Origin: Eledone cirrhosa
Taxonomy: Eukaryota
Assembly: GCA_964016885.1 (NCBI GenBank)
Contig: OZ024741.1
Coordinates: forward strand, 356,686,001-356,750,000
Direction of reading: 5' to 3'
DNA length: 64,000 bases
Under the pieces are notes generated by a model. That model was not told where the DNA came from, ran no database searches, and worked only from the letters and a program-made list of their open reading frames with translations. Made by a program: the position numbers and the translations under genes. Below are positions 1 to 8,600 of the stretch, piece by piece; positions within the stretch are counted from its first letter, which is position 1, and every line of letters starts with the position of its first letter.

Positions 1-359
1 TTTATATTTTCATTCTGTAATAATTTGTAATGTGAGTAATAAAAAATACATATATTATAAATGTATAAACACACATAGCATATTATCATGGTTGATAAGA
101 ATACATTGAAAGTGGGTTCATAGACCCTTTATTCTGAGTCACAGCCGATTAATACTAGCAGAAATTTTGTCTAAAAACAAAAATACAGGTAGATTTTAAT
201 TATCTGTTAATTCATTTACCTTCCCTTCCCTTCCAACCCAATTAACTGCATAACCTAATAGTCATTCACACAAACACAAGCTGAAACTGCTTGGCACTAT
301 GGTCCAGATTATATATACATATATTTATATATATTCATTTTTCCATTACCATTACAAGG

Positions 360-431
360 GGTCTGATGAGCCGCGGGTTAAATCGATACAGATCGAACCT
401 TGAGCTGATCAGTGGCAAAACACGCGTCACC
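360..431 (+). ncRNA. Degenerate minimal type-I hammerhead ribozyme (Penelope-like element remnant)
   Basis: ggt-CTGATGA-GCCGC...GTGGC-AAAA-C-acgc-GTC-acc. Stem I is ggt/acc, stem II is GCCGC/GTGGC, stem III is the minimal AC/GT. Core GAAA reads AAAA. Followed by AATAAA and (TA)n. Confidence 0.65.
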
Positions 432-482
432 AACCAATAAACGTAATGAAGGAGTAACCAATCGTCCTTGTTATTTTATTTC

Positions 483-484
<2 letters not shown>

Positions 485-522
<38 letters not shown>
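485..522. repeat. (TA)n microsatellite, left flank of the RTE insertion
   Basis: Pure TA run; a matching TA run lies at about 4986-5016. Confidence 0.95.
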
Positions 523-523
<1 letters not shown>

Positions 524-1181
524 GTCCAAATAGCCAATCTATCGCTAAAACAAACTACATTTTCTGTTTCTATTAAGTGCTAAATACGTAGGTTTTTGGA
601 CGTATTTAACAGAACAAATTTTGTATTTTTGTTAATCGCTTGTTAAATGCATGGACCCCACTCAATCATTACCTTCTTGCTAGCTATTTTCAAACCTTAA
701 TTCCTAACGTATTTTCAAACCCCAATCCCTAATTCTAGCGTATCTTCAAAACAAAAAAGCAAAATCCTTTCCTTCTTCCTTCTTCGAAGGCACGGGGCGG
801 TCAAACGCCTAACACCCACAGCCATCATGTGGCCCCCTACCCTCGCTCTCTCTCACTCTCTCTCTCTCTCCCTATAAATATATGATAGGAATTCACTTCG
901 CCAAATTTCATTTCATTGCTTGCTGTCCCACGAAATTCATGTAAACGTAATGTACAGACTTCATCTCTCTCTCTCTCTCTCCTAGCGTATTTTCAAAACA
1001 ATCCATATTTCGTATCAAGTCCAAATAGCCAATCTATCGCTAAAACAAACTACATTTTCTGTTTCTATTAAGTGCTAAATACGTAGGTTTTTGGACGTAT
1101 TTAACAGAACAAATTTTGTATTTTTGTTAATCGCTTGTTAAATGCATGGACCCCACTCAATCATTACCTTCTTGCTAGCTA
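524..1181 (+). repeat. 163-bp perfect direct repeat (524-686 and 1019-1181; period 495 bp) in the LINE 5' region
   Basis: gtccaaatagcc...cttgctagcta occurs twice with no difference seen. Confidence 0.95.
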
Positions 1182-1413
1182 CCCAACACCCCCCCCCCTC
1201 CCACCCCCACGCACCACCATTGCTATCACGTGGACCAATCATAAAACAGAGCCCCCACGCATCACCAGTATTATTACGCGGACCAATCAGAAACCAGAGG
1301 CCTATACTATCGCTTGCCTGGTTGCCTTTCGATATACGATATATGATGGATGGATGGACTGCGGAATCCTGGAGAGTGGAGGTGAGAGAGAAAAATCTGG
1401 ACGCTCAGCGACA

Positions 1414-4400
1414 ATGCCAAAGATAAAGACAAATTCACCCCTTGGACGAGAATGCGAGCACTCCTCATTGTTTCGACCGCGGACGGCTAACATAACCCCA
1501 TCGCCCCCCGCCCCTCACCGCCCCCAACCCCCAAACGCAATCCAAAACTTCAGAGTTGGTACCATAAATGTAGGCACCCTAAAGGGTCGCGCTAACGAGG
1601 TTGTAGAAATGCTTGAACGTAAGGAGGTCGATGTTTGTTGTATTCAAGAGACCAGGTGGAGGGGTGGGTCTGCTAGGTTCATTGAGGGTAAAAAACGATG
1701 TTATAAGCTTTTCTGGGTGGGAAACGACGATGGGCTGGGTGGAGTAGGAATCATGGTAGCAGAAAAGTGGGCAGATAAGATAATAGACGTAAATAGAGTG
1801 AACGACAGAATAATTAAAATACGACTTGTCCTCAATAGAACTACGGTGACAGTAATATCTGCGTACGCACCCCAATCCGGACTGCCCGGCACTATAAAAG
1901 ACAGATTCTATGAGACACTGATGCTAACTACCTCCCAAATATCCGACAGTGACTATATAATTATCGCAGGCGACCTAAATGGTCACGTTGGACAACATTG
2001 TGACGGCTACGACGAAATCCATGGAGGCTATGGGTTTGGTACTAGAAATGAGGAAGGCTCCAGAATCCTGGAATTCTGTGATGCAAATAACCTAACTATC
2101 TGTAACACTAACTTCAAAAAACGTGACAATCACCTGATCACCTATAGATCCGGGGAACACACAAGCCAGGTAGATTATATCCTTACCAGAAGACGTGACA
2201 GAGTGTCTGTTGTTAACACTAAATCCCTCCCCCATGAAGAATGCACCTCCCAACATAGACTGATAATTAGCGACCTCATAGTCAGGACGAGACGTACTCG
2301 ACAACAGAAGAGGACTATCCTCAGGAGGAAAATATGGAAGCTAAAGGACCCCACAGCCAGGAATAAATTTCAAAGCATATTACTTGATGCTTTCGACAGT
2401 AAGGAAGAACATTTAGAGTCGGACAATATAGAGGGAGAGTGGGAATTTCTGAAAGCAAACCTGCTGTTGGCGACAGACGAGGTCTGTGGCTGGAGCAGGC
2501 CTGTAGGCAGGAGGAGAGTAACATGGTGGTGGAACAGTAAGGTGGAGGGGTCAATTAAGGCCAAAAAGCAGGCTTGGAAAGTATGGCGGGATGGGGGAAG
2601 TAGAGAGGACTATCAAGTGGCCAGGAGGGAAGCTAGGAGACAAGTGTACTTAGCAAGAAGGGAAGCTGAGGAAAGAAAGTTCAAGCATGTTCTACAACGC
2701 GATGACCAAAAACGTGAGGTGTTCAGGATTGCTAGGCAATGCGTCAAGGAAAACCGTGATATTGTCGGGGAGAAGTGTGTACTAAACGACGATGGCACAC
2801 TTGCCATCACCGACGCTGATAAGAAGGTAGCTTGGAAGTGTCACTATGAAAGGCTTCTAAATGAGGAGAATAATTGGGAGAAAGGCAGTCTCCCCCATAT
2901 CGACCCAATAGAGGGACCAGCAGTGTTAGTCGAGGGGAGTATAATAAGTAAGGCAATCAAGGATATGAAGACTGGTAAGGCGGCTGGGCCTTCGGAAATA
3001 GTTGCTGAGATGCTGAAGGCATCTGGCACGGTGGGACACACCATGGTCACCCGCATAGTTAACCAAGTCGTACAGAATGGGGTTGTTCCGAAGGACTGGC
3101 ATAGCAGCATCATCGTTAACTGTTATAAGGGTAAAGGAGACGCCCTAGATAGGAGTAACTATAGAGGCATTAAATTAATCGACCAGGTCATGAAGGTCAC
3201 GGAAAGAGTAATAGCGCAACTAATCAGAGAGAGAATTGACCTAGATGAAATGCAGTTCGGGTTTGTGTCAGGCAAAAGTACCACAGACGCTCTTTTCATA
3301 GTACGACAACTACAGGAGAAGTACCTAGCTAAAGGTAAACCCCTCTACTTAGCTTTTGTCGACTTGGAGAAAGCCTTCGACAGAGTCCCCCGCTCCATTA
3401 TCTGGTGGGCTCTTAGAAAACTAGGCGTTGACGAATGGCTTGTGAGGGCTATACAAGCCATGTATAAAGAAACAGTCAGCAAGGTTAGAATTAACAACGA
3501 ATATAGTGAAGAGTTTAGCGTAAAAGTTGGCGTCCATCAGGGCTCTGTTCTCAGTCCACTACTATTTATTATTGCCCTTCAGGCTATAACAGAGGAGTTC
3601 AAGACAGGCTGCCCATGGGAACTCCTATACGCAGACGACCTGACACTCATAGCGGAATCAATGGCCGAGCTAGAGAAGAAATTCCAAACATGGAAGCACG
3701 GCCTAGAGTCAAAAGGACTTAAAATTAACCTGGCTAAGACCAAAGTACTAGTTTGTAGGAAAGAAAACAAGGCGGCGGTCCCTTCTGGGAAATGGTCGTG
3801 CTCGGTGTGTAGGAAAGGCGTAGGTAGAAACTCCATTTTATGTCCTAAATGCAAAGTATGGGTGCATAAAAGATGTAGTGGGATCACAGGTAAGCTAACT
3901 AAGAACATAGATTTTACATGTGGCCGGTGCTCTGGTGCAATAAGTAGCAGCAAGTGCCCACAAACTACTAGCTCTTTCAATTGCGCAGAGGGTTCTATAG
4001 AAATAGTGGACAGCTTCCGTTACCTGGGCGATAAAATCAGCAGTGGGGGAGGGTGCTCTGAAAGTACTGTAGCTAGAGTCAGAACTGGTTGGAAAAAGTT
4101 CAGAGAGCTTATACCACTATTAGCTGCTAAAGGGTTCTCACTAAAAATGAAAGGCAGGTTGTACGATGCCTGCATACGAACAGCAATGCTGCATGGCAGT
4201 GAGACCTGGGCATTGTGTGCAGAGGATATACGCAGACTAGAGAGGAACGAAGCTTGCATGCTCCGCTGGATGTGTAACAGTAATATACGTGAACGGCAAA
4301 GCATAAACGAACTAAGGAAAAAATTAGAGATAAGAGGGATCAGATGTTGTTTACTCGAGAGAAGGCTACGTTGGTATGGACACGTGATGCGCATGAAAGT

Positions 4401-4584
4401 CGATAGCTGTATAACAAAGTGCAGGGCAATAAAGATAGACGGTAGTCACGGAATAGGCAGACCTAGAAAAACCTGGGACGAGCTGATAAACTCCGACATC
4501 ACACACTTACACCTCTCCAAGACAATGTCACTGGACCGAGACCTTTGGCGGTACTCAGTAACAGAGAAGACCCGCCTTACCTAA
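1414..4584 (+). CDS. RTE ORF: AP endonuclease plus reverse transcriptase with an internal PHD finger (about 1056 aa from MPKIKTNS)
   Basis: APE motifs TINVGTL, CCIQETRW, GDLNGHVG, QVDYIL, SQHRL. RT motifs [37 protein letters not shown]-terminus RLRWYGHV..GRPRKTW. No stops; start codon uncertain because the frame is open from 1135. Confidence 0.95.
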   Translation: MPKIKTNSPLGRECEHSSLFRPRTANITPSPPAPHRPQPPNAIQNFRVGTINVGTLKGRANEVVEMLERKEVDVCCIQETRWRGGSARFIEGKKRCYKLFWVGNDDGLGGVGIMVAEKWADKIIDVNRVNDRIIKIRLVLNRTTVTVISAYAPQSGLPGTIKDRFYETLMLTTSQISDSDYIIIAGDLNGHVGQHCDGYDEIHGGYGFGTRNEEGSRILEFCDANNLTICNTNFKKRDNHLITYRSGEHTSQVDYILTRRRDRVSVVNTKSLPHEECTSQHRLIISDLIVRTRRTRQQKRTILRRKIWKLKDPTARNKFQSILLDAFDSKEEHLESDNIEGEWEFLKANLLLATDEVCGWSRPVGRRRVTWWWNSKVEGSIKAKKQAWKVWRDGGSREDYQVARREARRQVYLARREAEERKFKHVLQRDDQKREVFRIARQCVKENRDIVGEKCVLNDDGTLAITDADKKVAWKCHYERLLNEENNWEKGSLPHIDPIEGPAVLVEGSIISKAIKDMKTGKAAGPSEIVAEMLKASGTVGHTMVTRIVNQVVQNGVVPKDWHSSIIVNCYKGKGDALDRSNYRGIKLIDQVMKVTERVIAQLIRERIDLDEMQFGFVSGKSTTDALFIVRQLQEKYLAKGKPLYLAFVDLEKAFDRVPRSIIWWALRKLGVDEWLVRAIQAMYKETVSKVRINNEYSEEFSVKVGVHQGSVLSPLLFIIALQAITEEFKTGCPWELLYADDLTLIAESMAELEKKFQTWKHGLESKGLKINLAKTKVLVCRKENKAAVPSGKWSCSVCRKGVGRNSILCPKCKVWVHKRCSGITGKLTKNIDFTCGRCSGAISSSKCPQTTSSFNCAEGSIEIVDSFRYLGDKISSGGGCSESTVARVRTGWKKFRELIPLLAAKGFSLKMKGRLYDACIRTAMLHGSETWALCAEDIRRLERNEACMLRWMCNSNIRERQSINELRKKLEIRGIRCCLLERRLRWYGHVMRMKVDSCITKCRAIKIDGSHGIGRPRKTWDELINSDITHLHLSKTMSLDRDLWRYSVTEKTRLT

Positions 4585-4982
4585 ATATATAGTAAAACCT
4601 ACTCCAGCCAGTAGGCATCTCTAACAAAATACACCCCGTCCCACCACCACCACCCCCACCCGATCCACACCACCCCGTTCTATGTAAAGTTATGTTGGTG
4701 CCGCGCCATCGAGGCCGAAACAAATGAGATCGTGTAGGTGTCACGACAAAAAAACACACAGTCCACGCTGTAATGTGGCCGTGTAGGCAACACGGTAAAA
4801 ACCTCCCAGACCCACACTGTAAATGTGGTTGGTGTTAGGAAGGGCATCCAACTGTAGAAAACCTGCCAGACAGTCCTATGCGAGCAAGACAATCACTCTT
4901 GCCTCAAGTGGGACTACCCCCGTCCAAACCCATGCAAGCGTGGAACACGGACGTTAAACGTTGATGATGATGATGATGATGA

Positions 4983-5016
<34 letters not shown>

Positions 5017-5018
<2 letters not shown>

Positions 5019-5230
5019 TCATCATCATCATCATCATCATTTAACCATTTTCCCATGCTAGCATGCGTCCCATTGTGAGACAAGTCAAATCAGATAATCA
5101 TGTTTTATTCATACAGAACCATTTCTGGCTTGGTTTCTATGGCTGGATGCCCTTCCTAATGCCAACCACATTTACAGTGTGGTAGCTAGGTGCTTTTTAT
5201 TGTGGCACCCAAACTACCACTTTACAGTAT
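5017..5230 (-). mobile_element. Older 5'-truncated RTE 3' end, tail-to-tail with the full-length element
   Basis: (CAT)n then ttaaccattttcccatgctagcatg...ggctggatgcccttcctaat, the reverse complement of the RTE 3' UTR. Confidence 0.8.
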
Positions 5231-5573
5231 ATACATATACATAATATATATATATATATCCATTAGTGATACCTCTTAGCAGATATAAACTGCTTCAAAA
5301 GGACCTCAACAACATGCTTCAATGATGACATCTTAATCTCATTATCTTCAACTTCTCAGAAATACACTAGACAACACAAAGAAATACCACACTGTCTTTA
5401 CACATGAACAATACACTAGCAAACTGAGACCTTATGTTACAACATTCTGTTGTACTACTAATGAGATATAGAATGAAAGGACAGACAGAACATAACAAAA
5501 ATGAATATAGTAAAATATTTGTTACAGATTAATAATTTGTTATAAAATAATAATAGTAACTTGTTAATCTCAC

Positions 5574-5666
5574 CTGTTTGCCACCAGGTATCAACAACGT
5601 CACACTGTTTCTTTCCAACATTTTCATAATACCATTCCCAAGCTTCATGATTAAGAGGTTCTCCAA
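5574..5666 (-). CDS. ACSS1: ACSS1 exon 8 ([14 protein letters not shown]...DTWWQT)
   Basis: tag| ... |gtgaga; 93 nt, phase 1-1. Confidence 0.92.
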
Positions 5667-8600
5667 CTATGAATTATATTCCAACATGAATTATATTTGA
5701 AAGTTTAAAAAATATTAAAGAATTTAAACTAAAGTAATAAAGGAAAAATAGGGAGAAGACATGTACACTTAATTATACACTACAACAGAGAATGCTGGTG
5801 TTGACTTCTAAAATGTTTTGAGGCAATCCAAAAGACAGCTGGCATTACCATGGATAACAAGGCTAAAGCACTGTAATAGTTAAGCACCCCCAGGAGAATC
5901 AATTGATACCTTAGTAAGTTGAGCCAACAATGATGACAAAAACTTCATTGTCAGCAGTCCAGTTCTCCTGAATGTCTCAAATGCCATAAGTTGAAAAATA
6001 TAATTTACCAATAAATCATGGTATTTCTGTAGTATTCAGGATATGGAAGAGCAAATAGTTGCTGACAGTGGTATCCCATATAAATCATCTAGCCTAATGG
6101 CAAAAGAAAAGTCCATTTAATCTGTTTCCTTCAATACTGGACAATCCAACTGACTCCAAAAACTGAGAGGATATTGACTCTGGTTAGGGCCCATTTAATG
6201 ATTAATCCACAAAGACCCTTGGAATCAAGTGATATTTCAATGCCCAATAGGCATCAGCTTCAACTCTGAGAGCCATTGATATTTTCCAGCAGCAGAGCCT
6301 GAGTGAAATTAGGTAGATGGAAACTGTTTGGAAGCCTGTTGGATGGACAGTAGCTGTAATTTAAAGGACCAGTCTCTTAACACACTGTGTTACACTGAAT
6401 CTCTCTGAAAATAATGTAATGAGTACACGAGCCTGTGGAATACTAAGCCACTTGAATGTTAACTTCATGAACAGGCTGTTACTTGATCAAACAACTGGAA
6501 CACTCCTAGTCAAAATCAGAGAATGTCCATTACATAAATTCCAGTCAGACACCTTATATGCTTGGTTGGTTCTGCTGGTATATTTTTTGGTACTTATTTC
6601 ATCAATCCCGGAGGGATGAAAGGGTAAATCCTCCTCCTCAGGAATTTAACTATGAACATTGGTGTACAAAACTAGATATAGTAAAGTCTTTTGTCTGGTG
6701 TAATACTAACTTGTCCATCTTTATCAACCTCCATAATTAAAATATTGTTATAATAAAGAAACAAAGCCAGCAAATTTGGAGGAAGGGCATAGTTGATTAT
6801 ATCAACCCAAGTACTTGACAAGTACTTTATCCCTGGATGGATAAGAAGTTCATCCTGGCATGATTTGATCTCAATGTAATGAGCCAGAACGAATTGGCAT
6901 TTTATCTAATGCTCTATCAAGTCTGCCAATCCACCTCTTTAAAAAAAAGCAATATTAATTACAAATTAATGTTATAAACTTACCACTTCCAAGAACACGC
7001 AGAGATGATTTGTCATATTTATGTACCCATTTATCTCCTAATTTAATCAACAGACGAAGAGCAGTTGGTGCCAAATATATATGAGTCAACTTAAGCCTCT
7101 CGACTACTTCCCAATAGCGACCTTAAAAAAAAAAATACATTTTTACATTAAACTCAGTTTGCTTTGACTATAACAAACTCATTTTTTTAATTTAGAATCT
7201 AATATTAATATCAAATCAACACTCATTGTTTGTGTAATTATTATTTATTGATTGAGTGTGTAATATAAACGTTTTCTTGTTTTGCAAAAGTATGGTGAAA
7301 GCAAGATTGGTAGACTTACAAGGAATGGTGTTCAAGTTTCCTTGAAAATCTCCCTTCCTGTGAGCTACATTCAGAACTAATTACTTACCACATATCCTAG
7401 ATTGATGATACCTAACTCACCCACAGTACATTTCAATGTTCTCAATTCTTCTTCTTCTTCTTCTTCTTCTTCTTCTTCTTCTTCTATAAAATAATCAATG
7501 ACTATGTTCCTTCCTACTACCCATGTTCCTTCCTACTACAATGTCTTTTCAGTAAATTGTCTGAATCCTCAAGCTTCTCATTGTTCAAACTTCCCATGAG
7601 CCAATGACACAACTTCACCTATGACTCATAATAATCCAACACCCAGGAAACAAGAAAAAAATTGGCTTTCATTTTCTGGTATAATAGCATCAAAACCCAA
7701 AGTTATTTCAGGAGCAACATATTGTAGCTTTGAGATCCACGTGCAATTTATTAGCCAAAGTTTGGTCCCCCTTATGTTAGTTGTAGAATCTAAGAATTGT
7801 GATAGAAGATAAACATCAAGAAGCAGGTGACAGAAACAATGGGTTGGTTTGAATTCTGTTGGAATGACACTTATAATCCACCCAACCCACATCAGCAGGG
7901 AAAATAGATGATGGATCTTGCCAGACAGAGATAAACTGGAAATGGCTTAGCTTGAGGAGTGATGAATCTTCTCAGAGAGAGATAAGTAGAGGATATGTTA
8001 GCTTGAATAGTTATGAAGATTCTTTAACTGTTAACACCTTGTAATTAGCTAGCAGAAAATACATAAAAACAGGTTGGTTACTTCAAAAGTTTACAGCATT
8101 TTCACTAGAGAACAGATTGTTGCGAAAATGATCAGTATTAGAGTGGAGACTTTAACTTTTAAGGCGATGTAGTCATATTGTTAGTTCCTACTTGAATGTC
8201 TTGCTAATGCAGTTTCATGTGGTTTTTTAACTTAGTGTTTATTGTATCTTTACTAGTAGACAGATCATTATAAAAAATTTTGGTATTAAAACAGAGACTA
8301 ACGTTTAAGATGCTGCAGTCATTATGTTTGTTTTTGTACTTTCAACAATGTCTTGCTAATGCAGTTCTATGTGGACATTAAGAATTAAGTAGGAAAAAGT
8401 TCATAGATAGAGTTTGATATATATAATGCTGGGATCTTCTTAAAAACTGCAAGGTTATTGGAGAAAAAAATTATAATGCAACATTTTTAGATAAACAATT
8501 TGTTGGGTACTGCTGATATGAGTAGAATTCCAAGTTATATAACCCTTTTGATACCAACCTGTTTAAAAATGCCTCTGGTTCTCAGATGCAAAATTGTTTA

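Larger units (their letters stand above)
524..4986 (+). mobile_element. Full-length RTE-clade non-LTR retrotransposon (LINE), apparently intact, antisense in intron 8 of ACSS1
   Basis: Single APE-RT ORF, about 400-bp 3' UTR ending CCCATGCAAGCGTGGAACACGGACGTTAAACG followed by a (GAT)n tail, with (TA)n on both sides. The 5' boundary is inferred from the TA tract. Confidence 0.9.

Noticed and set aside
1135-1413. N-terminal 93 codons of the 1149-aa ORF
   Set aside because: It begins at a TTG inside the 5' direct repeat and is low complexity; more likely 5' UTR, with the ATG at 1414 (or about 1354) as start.
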